Below, in pieces: positions 10,885-23,085 of a DNA stretch of 64,000 bases; position 1 is the stretch's first letter; each line of letters begins with the position of its first letter. The stretch is taken from assembly GCA_036172245.1 (NCBI GenBank), contig JAYWIR010000071.1:1-64000 (forward strand), given 5' to 3'. This stretch comes from Raillietiella orientalis (taxonomy: Eukaryota). Made by a program: the position numbers and the translations under genes. The notes below the pieces were generated by a model that did not search any database, had not been told where the DNA came from, and worked only from the letters and a program-made list of their open reading frames with translations.

Positions 10885-11565
10885 GGCACAAAGTTCCCTC
10901 CGCGCTGACACACGCGACCACTGCGTTGCCCTCTAAGTCTCCGGGATTGCGATCCTGACTCCCTCTCGCGTATATATGCTTGTGCGTGTACATGTGTGTA
11001 CCCATGAGCTCGCCTACACGTGCCTCCCTGATTGCGCACTGCTTGACGCCGATGATTGCCGATCAAATGCTTGTCTAAGATATAGATGCGCACTTTTCCG
11101 GGACACATCAGATGCCTCCTATCGGGTGCTGCCGACGATGGCCTCGAAGTTTTCAGCTAGACGCCGGTGGCCTGGCCACCGCTGTCTGTCTCAGGATGCG
11201 AACCGAATGCCGGAGGTCCCTGCGACGCGCGATCGAAACGAATGCACGGGAGGCAGGGGTGGGGGAGGAACCCCTTATTCTTCCTTTTGCATTGCTCCCG
11301 CGTGGTTTCGTCAGGAGGGGAGGAAATCTCGCGGTGTTAAACGGATGGACCTTTCTTGGACCGTGCTTGGCAAACGCCCTCTGGCGGAAGCACCAGCGCA
11401 GAAGCGTCCAAAAACGTAGCGAGGCCGACGAGCCGGTTAGCGATGCGCGTAGTTGGCTTTCGATTCTGTCGGCCGTCGATGCAGTGGTCCCACTCACACA
11501 TTACTACATTACTTGGAAATAAATAAAAGACTTCTTTTAAATCGTGTGGCTGACGTGAATCTTGC

Positions 11566-11835
11566 AGACAATCGCAGTACAACGACTCCGCATCGGCCTC
11601 GTGCTTTACCAGCGACGGACTAGCAAAGCTCCTCATGGATCACAACGCCGCTGTTAATGCCAAAAGGGACGAAAGGTCAACTGCGCACCATTTCGCTTCC
11701 GCCAATACAAACGGGAAACTGGTCAAACTCCCTTTAGATCACAACGCTTCAAGTGTTTCAGATGAAAGAGTAACAGAGCTTCTTCTGGATCACGATGCTT
11801 ACATTGATGCCGAAGGTAAAAATAAGGAACGAATA
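11566..11835 (+). pseudogene. Ankyrin-repeat gene fragment
   Basis: LAKLLMDHNAAVNAK..RSTAHHFAS...KLVKLPLDHNA..VTELLLDHDAYIDAEGKN: about three degenerate ankyrin repeats with an internal deletion. Confidence 0.75.
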
Positions 11836-14800
11836 TGAGCGATTTTCTTGTGGACTCTGAAAAAATTTTGGCATTCTATATCGGTTGGCTAATCATTCAA
11901 ATAAGCTTTCCAGTCATCCGTATTGACATAAATGATTGGATCCTCATCTATACTGATGTTCTTATTATCATTTTTGCTGGATCTCTGTGCTCAGTGAATG
12001 GAACCACGGGCATAACACAGCTTTGGATGGTCATGCAATTGAATTTCCCCACTTTTGTGCGGAGCATGACGCTAATAGTAATCCCTTTTTTCCACTACGT
12101 TGCTCATTGATGGTATTTACTTGAGATTTGTGTGTTCGGCACAGGACCTGCCTCTGCGACTAAATGAGCAGGAAATGCAGCATTTCGTACGATGTTTCGT
12201 ACAAAATGAAGCGACGTAAATCGAACGGAGGCACAGAGGGGGCACCTCACGTGGAAGCGGTGTTCTCATGTGGTGTGTTTGAGCAGAAGGCATCTTGCAT
12301 TTGTCACGACCTGTCCCACCGTCATTCCTCTCACAAAGTTCACTCGGTGTTGACCCGGAATGCGTGTCGGTATCGCGATTTAGCGGCTCGCCCTCGGCAA
12401 AAAAAAGGCTGCGTTTTGATACTCAGACTGGAAGCGATGAAGGTCCTGGTGCGCAACACTCTTCTGCATGCGTGGGTCGCCAGCTTTCATCTGTTGAAAG
12501 TGCGATAAGAGTATCATTTGCGTAAATTGACAGATTGGCTCAGTCAACTATGCCAAATTCCGAGACAAATGGCGAAGGAGACTGGAACACTGGAAAAGTT
12601 TTCCTCCGTTATTCGGCGGCGCAGTTCCCGGAAAATAAGGCATTCTCGTTTTGAATACGCCGCTCTTGAGGATGGCTTGACTGGGTCTTAAAGTTCCACA
12701 TCGTCTTCTGCATCGAAATGCCTCCGTGCTTCCAGATTTCCGGTGCGCCTCGGTTGCGTGGAAACCAACTGAAATTCCAAGAAAATGCGTGAGAAGGATT
12801 CGTAAGAGCATCTGCTGCACATTCGCGGAGCATGTGCCCCATGGTACTGTTATTTTGAAGAAAAAAAAAAGATCTCTGCAGCCAGTGGGGATCAGTTCAT
12901 CCTTCCTTTCCGGGGCGATTTAAATATTAACCTATGGTTGTGGCTCTGGTAGGTGATGATACTTCCTTCAAAGATAGTGAGCGGAAAATGACGCATCTTG
13001 ATAATTACATAACGGCAAGTTATTGGCTTCATTGATTTTGTTTTTTTGGCGTTTGCCTCCTAACGATAAAAGCAGCACAGCATTGCTATCTCTTTCTTCA
13101 TTCGGACACAAATCAAAACTTCCATCGTTTGCCATTGCTCTAGAAAGTTCATGAAGAAATTAGTAGTAAAAAAGAAACGTCATCAAGCAGTGTATATGTC
13201 CAGAAAAGTGCCACATGACTCTGAGAGGCTGTATCGGTCACGCTCGTTTGTTGATGATGATCCTTGAGGGCTATTCATTCCCTCTTCCGGAAACTCAACG
13301 ATGTAGCATTCTGCGACGCTCGTATCTGATCACGTAACTGTACGTTCAGTCATGAGTGAAAACTCAATGAAAACACGTCCATCTTCGATGAGGAGGGGAA
13401 GGACGAAGACTGGCTCGCGACAGGCAAGCTAGGCTTGGCTTGGTCCATCAGACTTTTTCTATTTGCATCACAGCAGGACTTTCGAAACACTTGGCAAATT
13501 TCATAGGAATGTAGGATAACGAACTGGGATGAGACCACAAATTTCCGAAAACATCGTAACCTCGACCATCCTTTCAACCTTTTCACGAACGGATGTCAGA
13601 ACGGAAGGACGACGTGAGAAGACGAGTGAAAAATGGAGGCTGAATGATTCCAGGAGATTTAGTACCTTGAAACACGCATGCCGATTGACCACTTTGCTTA
13701 CGAATCAAATTTTTCCTCGAGTTTTCCCGCTTCTGAACTGTAGGAGCCATGGTTCTGACCTGTTCTCGCCAGTGCTGTGCGATTTTCACCAGCTGACCAC
13801 GTCCACATTCGTAGAGCAGATGCTCTCTTCCGAGTTCTGCTTTTCGTAGAATGACAACTTTGTAGCTGTTGTTACGTGCTTTTCGGATTGTCTCATTTTG
13901 CTTTTCAGCATTATTCTTTGTAGGTGCTCATCAGTCAAATGGCAAGGCACATCTTCAGAGCATCCAACTCATTCTCCATACGCGGCGCTCGAGTTTCACT
14001 TTTTCATCTCTCATGTCTTTGTCACTGCTTTCTGAGCCAAATGGTGTTTGACAACCGGGCACAAGGCCATTTCAGTACGAAGCATGGTATGAACCTTCCT
14101 CGCTTTTTCCTTTGACATCCGCGTTTTGGACCACTCTTTCATCTGTTGCCATGCCTTCTGTAACGTGTTTCCTCACTTTTCAGCAGCTAATTGAAACACA
14201 GCTGAAAATCAGGTGAAATCCGCAGAGTATTTCTTCACCCCAAGGAACTTCATTTGTTCGCCCACTTCTTATTTTTACATCTTTCAAAGAACCTTGCTGC
14301 TCCTGAAGCTTTGATTTTCCTCCCATCTCTTTCGTGATCAGCCAAAAAAAGACAATTGTGAGCAGCAGCTGTAGACAAAACTAATGGTGAAATGCTCTTT
14401 GTGAGAATGTAAAAAGCCAATTGTCGGGAATTTGAGAATTGGCATTCGGATTGGGATGCAGCTTTGATAGTTCTGAGATTCTGGGAAGTTGCTATCCTCA
14501 AAAGTGCAAAGACAGCTCATCCCTCGGATAAGTCGTGTTTGAGGATTTTGAACAGCGTTTATTACTTTAGGCAGAGCCATAATGTATAGGCAGATACGTG
14601 TCTATTTGGTCTGGTTCTCTTCACGTGTGCAGAACATCAGAGAAAAGATGCAAGGTAATTTGGTTTCTTTGCACTTTTCTTCTTTGTTCTAATGATACTT
14701 TTTACTCCAAAATGGTCCTGCAGACCCCTCGAAGGTTTAAAAGACAGTTATTATCAGGAGCAAACGTAAACAAATGTCTGAGTGACTGTTCCCTGAAAGC

Positions 14801-15734
14801 GTGCTCTCACAGAGTGTCAGTGCTCGAGGCCTTTACCTCTGGAAGTCAGAATGAAGCACGCGGAACGGCCCGCGAAACTGAGCGAACGTGACGCAAGGGG
14901 AGCGATGCCCACGCTGGGATCACTGTCAGAATATACTCCTCAAGAAAATAGTGGAAAGCTGCAATGGTAATCACATGATGAGAATCTGATCTTGCCACAG
15001 TCGAATTGAATGACACCATTCGGTTTGGAGCCTTCCCATCAAACGAACCTTCTTTCGAATCGGGGCACCAGAAACGAAGGGAAGATTCGAGATTCAGAGT
15101 TGGCATGATGACGCGCTCATCTCAAACGAATAAAACTCCAAGACAAGGAAGCAATAAAAAAAAACCAATACTCGAAGTACTTCAAAACAGTACTAGATAT
15201 GATCTAAATTACTGCCCTATTTACTCGTTCATTACCACCTCTGCTGTCACATGGGATGACAAAGCCAGCAAACCGTTGCCTCGGGACTCGGAGGTTCCGT
15301 CCACTTTTCCTCGAACTGAATGCCGAAGTAGCGACAGCAACCACTAAGTGAGCATTGCAAGTGCCACAACCAACATCAAGATACATTAATAATACGCTTG
15401 AACGATTTAAAATCTTTTAAAAACACCTTCGATGGTGTATTTAGTAGTCGGAGCCCGTTATGGCTTGCGCCAACAGAAAGAGCAAATCATCTCTGAACAC
15501 TTTTACTTCGCACGATCATTTGTTGGAACAACTTGTTCTTCGGGAAAAATTGGGCCAAAGAGTTCTGGAAGAAAAACAGACAGGCATTCACATCGTCGTT
15601 GTCTTGGGCAAGTTGCGTGACGAGCAGGAGATCGTTACGTAAAGATTTGAAACTCGTCAGCTGCCGCGCAGAATCTTCCATATTAGCTATGAGCTTATTA
15701 TCACCTGCCAGTACCTTCGTCAGAAAGGCTATCC

Positions 15735-16285
15735 TCCCAATAAAAATGATAAATACATTTAAATTTGCAATAATCATATTTATTATCTCGGAATTTTTTT
15801 ATTCCCTTCATTCTAGACTAAGAGTCAATCCACAATTTAGATTATCCTGACCTCCGACCAATCTCACCACCCTACCCTCCGCCATAGAAGTACCCCTATT
15901 TAATACCATTCTTCTATGAAGATCCGGTATTTCAGTAACATGAACACATCACTCCCTCCTAAAAAAAAATTATTCCATCTCATTTTTTTCTCTACTTCTT
16001 ACTATTCCAATCGGATAACATTCCTCATAACTCAAGCCATAGAATGTTTCATACTAGAATTCTCTATTGCAGATTCAATTTTTGGCTCGACATTTTTTAT
16101 TGCAACAGGATTCCATGGCTTACACGTATTTGCTCGCCTCATCTGCCTTACCGTATCCATAACCCAAATCTTTTCACTCTCCATTACCCACCTCCACCAT
16201 CTATCATTTGAGCTTCCCCTTTGATATTGACATTTCGTAGATATTGCATGATTATTCCTATTTTTATTTATATACCTATGAACAT
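15735..16285 (+). pseudogene. cox3: cox3 (5'-truncated)
   Basis: IMFIISEFF/HSSL..WPP, SIADSIFGSTFFIATGFHGLHV and WYWHFVDIAWLFLF. The FFSFFWAF segment is deleted and frameshifts are present. Confidence 0.95.
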
Positions 16286-16339
16286 ACTCTTTTAGTATGT
16301 ACAGTACAAATACCTTCCAATTAGTAAGAAATAAAGAGT
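16286..16339 (+). tRNA. trnG: mt tRNA-Gly (TCC), T-arm-less, in NUMT
   Basis: Acceptor actcttt/aaagagt, loop cttccaa, directly after cox3. Confidence 0.75.
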
Positions 16340-16383
16340 CATTCTGTTTGTGCATGCAACACATTATCCCTTCAAGATAAGAA

Positions 16384-16438
16384 TTTGAGTCAAGCTTAAG
16401 CATATCACTGTTCATGATGAAAATTCCCCCAACTCAAA
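16384..16438 (+). tRNA. trnN: mt tRNA-Asn (GTT), in NUMT
   Basis: Acceptor tttgagt/actcaaa, anticodon arm atca-ctgttca-tgat, no T stem. Confidence 0.65.
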
Positions 16439-16444
16439 TTTCCT

Positions 16445-16497
16445 ATCAATCGTCTATCATTTCCTAAGCACTTTCAACGCTTCGCTCTATATAAGCT
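16445..16497 (+). tRNA. trnE: mt tRNA-Glu (TTC) remnant
   Basis: Anticodon arm aagca-ctttcaa-cgctt; ends uncertain. Confidence 0.4.
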
Positions 16498-16506
16498 AAA
16501 AAGACT

Positions 16507-16562
16507 TAAAATTATAGTTAAAACAATAACATTTGTTTTGCAAACAAAAATTTCCAATTTTA
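16507..16562 (+). tRNA. trnA: mt tRNA-Ala (TGC), T-arm-less
   Basis: Acceptor taaaatt/aatttta, D arm gtta..taac, anticodon arm tttgt-tttgcaa-acaaa, 7-nt TV replacement loop. Confidence 0.85.
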
Positions 16563-16600
16563 CTAAATTCCAAATGATTCATAACTATATCTCATACAAT

Positions 16601-16653
16601 GAGACAACATCAGGGACTTCTAATCCCTTAACAGTGGCCTACCATTTTGTCTC
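16601..16653 (+). tRNA. trnS1: mt tRNA-Ser1 (TCT), D-arm-less
   Basis: Acceptor gagacaa/ttgtctc, anticodon arm aggga-cttctaa-tccct, T arm agtgg-ccta-ccatt. Confidence 0.85.
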
Positions 16654-16665
16654 TTCTATTAAGAA

Positions 16666-17000
16666 ATGTTATTTTTACCATCTCTTTTTGTTATCATTCT
16701 CATCATCGCCCTTGCAATAATCATTAAAATTACACCTCAATTCAACTACAATACTTCAACTCAATTCGAATGTGGATTTGACCCAAAAAACAATGCACGT
16801 TTCCCATTTGCTATCCAATTTTTTCTAGTTACAATCATCTTCCTAATCTTCGATATGGAATTAGCCATTATCCTCCCTTTGCCACTCTTACCACCCTCCC
16901 TTACACTTCCCTCAGCAATCGCATTAACATCATTAATTCTTTTTTTAATTTCAGGATTAAAATATGAACTTCATAACGGCTCCATTTCACGAACATTCTT
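16666..17000 (+). pseudogene. nad3: nad3
   Basis: FECGFDP...RFPFAIQFFLVTIIFLIFDMELAIILP. Confidence 0.95.
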
Positions 17001-17259
17001 AGACAAAAGTGATAACACAGTTAGTTTCCACCTAACCTTCAATTCGTCTCTACCAATACAACATTCCCAGAGATATGACTCAACAAAAAATTAAAAATTT
17101 TATTCCATTGGGGTTCCGAGACAAATAAGCCCAAATTTACAAAATCTAATCATTAATAATAAAAATCACAAATCCCCAAACAACTAATGGTTTTCCAATC
17201 AACAGACCCATTTTAACCCTCAACTTTACATATATCATGACAATCCTCTCAATGACATT

Positions 17260-18920
17260 CAATATAAAATAAGCATCAATTACAATATTCACCTCCTCAG
17301 CCCATAAATTTTAAATACTCAAACTTAATTTCACACAAAATCATTCATAAGAATCATTCATATTACACAACACATAACAAAATAAGCTGTAAAATATTAA
17401 CCCTTCATAACATTATACACAATACTCTTCTTACACGCAATATCAATTACCCCTACATATCATACACCCCTTCATTCCATTCACCCTTTATCAACCATCT
17501 CTACAACCATACTAACACGCATTAATCAATTCCTTAACATTAATCCTCTCATCAACTTTAAACCTATAATCATTACCATCATATCTCCCCAACTTACATA
17601 CAAATTTAAAACACCTACAAATGATAAACCAACAATTACCCTTGCAATTGCTACATATTTTTCCATAAAAAATAACACAAACCTCTCACTTTCTTCTACA
17701 ACTAATCTACCCTTCACCACCACCATAAAATTTAACCTTATTAATACAACATAATATCCATCATTTAACCCAACACCTCTCCCTAAACCACTGACACCAC
17801 CCATCAATCCGCCTACTATTCGATACCCATAAACTACCGTTAATACCAACCCAACAAAAACAAAAACTTCTACTACACCCCTTCATACAGAATACCACAT
17901 CCACTCCACTAAATAATCCTTCCTATGATAACCTCTCAACAACGGAAACCCTACCAACCCCATGACCCTAACATTATAAATAACACCCAAAACCACATTA
18001 ACTGTACTTGTACCCCCCATAACTCGCAAATCCTGCCTTCCATCATATACATGAATAACCAATCCTGCACACAGAAACATTAATGATTTAAATACAGCAC
18101 GAATCAATAAATGATAATACACTAATACCCCATACCCAACCCTAAGCCCAAAAACATCATACCCAATTGCCTCAATGTCGAATATGCAATAATCTTCTTT
18201 ACATCAACTTCCAGCCTTCCCAACAACCCCGAATATACCATCGTTAAAAGACCACCATCAATCACCATACTACTGACCATCCCAATCTCAATTAAACCGA
18301 ACCATTCAATACACTCCCCCAGTCACCAGCGTTGACGAATGAACTAAAGCTGATCCTGGAGTAGCTGCCCCTATAGCCTACGGTAACCATGCACTAAATG
18401 GTAACTGCGCACTCTTGGTCATTCTTATTAACATTACAACCCAAAAACATCAACCACTAGTATCCAACCTAGCAAAAACCCAAGTACCCTCCATCAGCAA
18501 CCACCCAATACCTATCAATAAAATTCTGTCTCCTACACGCTTACTCAAAAAAGTAATCATACCTCCATAATTAGAATGACAATTTATATAAAAAATAACT
18601 AAACAATAAGAAATGATACCCGATCCCTCTCAACCCAAAATAATAGTCACCAAACTACCACTTATGATCAACAATAACATTCTCACTACAAACCAAAATA
18701 CCAACATGAAAAATCACTTCTTTTTCCACTCAATATATTCCCAACTATATATCACAACTAAAAAAGAAATAATTATTACATACCTTATAAACAATAAACA
18801 TTCATCATCTAACATAAACAATTAACCTCATTCCATCCCCCCTAACCTTATCAATGATCATTCCATCATCACCACCCTACTTCAACAAATAAATCACAAA
18901 CTTACATTCACAACTATCAC
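17260..18920 (-). pseudogene. nad5: nad5
   Basis: [32 protein letters not shown] (in-frame TAG at 18378-18380), AVFKSLMFLCAG and QDLRVMGG. Ends approximate. Confidence 0.92.
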
Positions 18921-18924
18921 TCTA

Positions 18925-18980
18925 GCCAATAACGATACCTACGATACCACAAATCGTTATTCTCATTAAACTATCTTGAC
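18925..18980 (-). tRNA. trnH: mt tRNA-His (GTG), T-arm-less
   Basis: Anticodon arm acgat-ttgtggt-atcgt, in the usual position between nad5 and nad4. Confidence 0.85.
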
Positions 18981-20205
18981 ATCAACACAAAAATATCATC
19001 ATCCTAAGTATTCTAGCTACTACACACATTACAACAACATAAAAATCTTTCATCGTTAACATAAAATTTACATCCACTGCCATCTCTCCATGACCAACAT
19101 TCCCAGTATATATCTTCTACAGTCCCCTCCAGCCATAGTAAAAATACCTAAATACATCACTACATTTACTATTCCTATGTATATTATAATTTCACCTAGC
19201 AATCCCAATCTCAAAGGACACGACATATTCAAAAAACACGAAATTATAATTAATCCTCCCGTTCCGCCACAACTCAATCTTATTCCACCTCTCAAAGACA
19301 TCGACCGTCTTCCAAAAATTCAAACATGAAACCACTAATAAAAAATAAACCAAACGATACGTAACCATGAGCTACCATTATCAACCCCATCTCACCCCCC
19401 ATCAATCTTCCTCCTACAATCGATCTCATATGACAAATTCATGAGTAAGCCATAATTACTTTATAATCCACTTGCCCAAAACACATCAACCCACTTACTA
19501 CACCACCCACCATACTCACTCCCATTAATCATAACCTTAGAATTCCACAATTATACTTCACATTCAACCGCACCATTCCATACCCTCCTAATTTTAATAT
19601 AACCCCTGCAAGAATCATAGAACCATAAGAAATAGACTCCACATGAGCTTTTGCAAGTCATAAATGCACCCCATAAACTGGCAACTTTTCAAAAAAAAAA
19701 CCTACCAATACTAAACCTTGCACTCCCATTTTTTCATCCATTATCCTAACAATCAACCTATCGTCCACAAAATTAATAACACCAATCAAAAACCATAAAG
19801 ATATAAAAACCGTATAAATAAATATGTAAATACTAGCTCTAAACCGGTCTCTCCGGTACCCTCATCAAGGCAGCAATCAACACCATAGGAATCATCCTAC
19901 CTTCAAAAAACACATAAAATATAAAAGAATCGACCACCACAAGCCTATAAATCACAAATACACCCAAAATTAACACAATTACCTTCAATATCAGCCCCCT
20001 ATTAACTCCTATACTACCTTGCATCACCAAAAAAAATAACACCACCCTTATTAATAATAAACAATATCTCACCCTATCAACTATACCAAATATTGCTCCT
20101 TACATAAACACCTTATAACCCATAAAAACATAACCCCCCAACGTACTATCGCCCAACCATACCCCACACCTATTATTCCCATAAATAATATAAACATTAA
20201 AATTC
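18981..20205 (-). pseudogene. nad4: nad4
   Basis: [42 protein letters not shown] and DYKVIMAYS. Frameshifts present. Confidence 0.92.
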
Positions 20206-20490
20206 CTAACATTCAATAATATTAATAGATTTACAATAATCACTACCAACCCTTCGCCTGACAAGAACAATTAAACACAGCCCCATAGCCCCCTCACAAA
20301 TGCTCGACACTATCATAATCAAAATTTCGTATCCACTACCACTTACACTCATCTCTATTAAAAAAAAATAACCCAAGCTACCCAACATCATCATTCCCAG
20401 TCTCAATAATCTCCTTAAAACATGCCGTTTATTCATAAAAAATCTCCATAAACCTAATCCAAATACAATTACTATTCCTATCTCTACTAC
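20206..20490 (-). pseudogene. nad4L: nad4L
   Basis: K.HVL..LL.L...ML and ICEGAMGLCLIVLV....GSDY. Confidence 0.88.
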
Positions 20491-20554
20491 TAAACTAGTC
20501 CTGGATACATCTCTCAACAAATCTCCAGACTTTATTCACCACACCCCTTGCATA

Positions 20555-20991
20555 CTCATAATTACAATCACATCTCTCCTTTATTGTTCATATACCAACC
20601 CAATAATCATAGCTCTCTTTCTTCACATAACTTCACTAACCATTGCTATTACCCTTAAGCTCCTTTCTATATCATCATGATATGCTATCATCATATTTCT
20701 CATCTACGTCGGAGGAATCTTAATCATCTTCTCTTACATATAACATCTCCAACATATAACGAAGTATCTACATTGAAATACAGAACCCCATTTATCTTTA
20801 CCCCCCTACTACTCCTTCTACCTAACTCACCCCAACCTACCTTCCCAACCTCATCATATTCATCAAAAATGATACTATCGCTACCTAATATTCCAATAAC
20901 TTGGTTCCTTATATCTTTCCTCATACTAACATGAATCATTATTCCATATATAACCTTACAAAACAAAGCACCACTCTGTTCTCTTCTTTAA
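20555..20991 (+). pseudogene. nad6: nad6
   Basis: SWYAIIMFLIYVGGILIIF motif at ~20674-20730, between nad4L and cob. Confidence 0.8.
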
Positions 20992-22074
20992 TGACAAACC
21001 TAAACAAAAAAATGAACCACACAATTAATATACCTATACCATCAAATATTTCCCACTCGTGAAACCTGGGATCCATAATACGAATCTTTCTAATCACTCA
21101 ATACCTTACAGGCATTGTTCTCTCCATACATTATACCCCCCCATACTTCAGAAGCCTTTTCATCAATTATTAACATAATACATAATACCAATAACGGATG
21201 ACTCATACGATACATTCATGACAACACTGCTTCCCTCTTTTTCATAGCAATCTATTTACATACCTTCCGCGCATTCTATTTCTTTTCCTATAAAAATACT
21301 GGAACTTGATTATCAGGATTACTTCCCCTTATCTTACCAATAATAACATCATTCTTAGGCTGTGTTCTTCCCTGAGGACAAATATCTTTTTGAGCCGCTA
21401 CAGTTATCACTAACTTATTCTCCGCCATCCCTCTCATAGGAAAATACATCATTTCCTTCCTATGAGGAAATTTGTTCGTATCCAATCCCACCCTCAATCG
21501 ATTCTTCTCACTACACTTCATTTTACCTTTCATTATAGTAATTATCTCCCTATTACACTTATTCTACCTACACGTAAACTTTTCCTCAAACCCCCTAGGA
21601 ACCAAAAGAAATTTAGACATACTACCTTTCCGACCATTCTTCGTCATTAAAGATTTAACAAGCCTTCCACCACTTACCATCCTCCTCCTAATTACATACA
21701 CCTTTTTCCCTTACATATTTATATCTGAAGAAAATTTCATGCTCTCCAACCCCCTAACAACTCCTTCACCCATTCAACCCGAATGATATTTCCTATTTGC
21801 TTATACTATCTTACGATCGATTCCTAACAAATTAGGAGGAGTAATTGCACTAATCTCCAGGATCCTTATTCCTATCACCCTACCAGTATACAAACTCCCA
21901 ACCCTGCCATCTTCCCATTACTACCCCAGAAAAAAAATCCTCTTAGCATTCTTACTACCATCATTCTTAATTCTTACATGATTAGGAACCCAAACCATTA
22001 CCTCATCAATACTACCTCTTAGACAAATTGCATCATCCATCTACTTTTTATTCTTCATCATATTCCCTCTCTAA
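20991..22074 (+). pseudogene. cob: cytochrome b
   Basis: WNLGS, VLPWGQMSFWAATVITNL, TLNRFFSLHFILPF and [25 protein letters not shown] +1 frameshift occurs in the C-run at ~21136-21142. Confidence 0.96.
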
Positions 22075-22078
22075 TTTA

Positions 22079-22133
22079 GCCTTATTAGTTTATTTAAAAC
22101 ATGGATTCTGTAAATGGAAAAGAAATTAAAGGC
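22079..22133 (+). tRNA. trnY: mt tRNA-Tyr (GTA), damaged, T-arm-less
   Basis: Acceptor gcctt/aaggc, D arm gttt..aaac, loop ctgtaaa; anticodon stem mismatched. Confidence 0.55.
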
Positions 22134-22249
22134 AGTTATACCATCAAGAAATCATCCTTTCATGCACAAAGTTAATATTCTCATCAACTAATTCTCTTCT
22201 CTATCTCACACCATACTATCCACCCATTCCCACTATTACTATTCCCTCT

Positions 22250-22398
22250 CCCCATGATGAAAAATAAGATACACAATACAATAAAACACCTCAACACATA
22301 TATATTAATTTATCATAACGATAACGAGGCAACACCCCTCGCAATCAGATAATTACATACATTGCAAAGAAACTCTTAATTCCCATTATATAACCAAA
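22250..22398 (-). pseudogene. nad1: nad1 3' end
   Basis: IIWLRGVLPRYRYDKLMYMCW, cut off by the LINE fragment. Confidence 0.9.
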
Positions 22399-22822
22399 CG
22401 GAGGGGGCGCAAGAGGGGGGCAACGAAGGTGTTCCATATAGCGGCCCGCTCCGACAGGAGGAAGCTGCCGTGGAGGAACGGGCTCAGAGCACTCGTAGCC
22501 TTCCGAAGGCAGTCCGACCACACCTCCACTCGGCTGACGTTCCCCAGCGGAACGCCCACATATTGGATGGACGAAGCGGTCGGCATCCCCAGGCGGATCC
22601 GGTCGGACTGCCCCTCCCACGCCGCACCAATAGGAACGACCACGCTCTTACTCCGCTTTACGCTCATGCCCGCTCCCCGGCGAATCAGCTCGAAGAAATC
22701 CTCGAGACTGGACGCCGGGGTGGTCATGGGTAAAAGGAGAAGCAGGTCGTCGGCATAGGCCGCCACGGACGGCGTTCCTGGACAACAGCCAGCGTCAGCC
22801 AGTACGCCCTCAGCACCAACTC
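22399..22822 (-). mobile_element. Non-LTR retrotransposon (Tx1/L1-like) RT fragment
   Basis: AAYADDLLLLL catalytic motif, followed by GMSVKRSKS, IQYVGVPL and LSERAAIWNT. Confidence 0.9.
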
Positions 22823-23085
22823 AAACTCACGGTGACCATACAAGGGAAGGTGTTCGAGTTTCATCCGGAAGATTACATCAATGAGGTAAATCGGATGGAT
22901 CTTTGAAAACAGTTGAGGGTTCCAGCTCATGAAAGACATAGATGGGCTGTTTGTATGCCAGTCTTTGATCACGATGGCGACCGCAGAGAATGGAAAGATA
23001 TTCCTAGGAGGCCTCTTCCAGACTCTGTATCCCACAGAATTTGACTGGGAAGAGAAAACAATCAAAATCTATAGCAGGAAACAGA
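22823..23085 (+). pseudogene. Pepsin-family (A1) aspartic protease, 3' fragment of two exons
   Basis: LTVTIQGKVFEFHPEDYINE, a 40-bp GT-AG intron (22886-22925), then ...CQSLI...IFLGGLFQTLYPTEFDWEEKTIKI, cf. ITFTIGGK.F.L.PEDY...C.S....WILGDVF...YYTEFD..N.R.GF. Confidence 0.8.

Larger units (their letters stand above)
15735..22398. other. ~6.7 kb mitochondrial insertion (NUMT): cox3-tRNAs-nad3-nad5-trnH-nad4-nad4L-nad6-cob-trnY-nad1(3')
   Basis: Abrupt A+C-rich composition, contiguous mitochondrial genes readable in the invertebrate code, frameshifts and in-frame stops, nuclear-type flanks. Confidence 0.92.

Noticed and set aside
11835..12110. Hydrophobic 91-aa ORF as a membrane protein
   Set aside because: No family signature; it may be the antisense shadow of decayed sequence.
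13930..14090. THAP-like VPGC motif on the - strand
   Set aside because: Only one short motif, interrupted by stops; insufficient support.
16999..17260. trnV, trnR and trnF calls after nad3 (likewise trnQ ~20520 and trnP ~22170)
   Set aside because: Stem-loops are visible but the anticodons are damaged (e.g. loop tttccac), so identities cannot be assigned.
15735..22398. Functional mitochondrial genome
   Set aside because: It has in-frame stops, frameshifts, truncated cox3 and nad1, and nuclear flanks. A noisy mis-joined read is not excluded.
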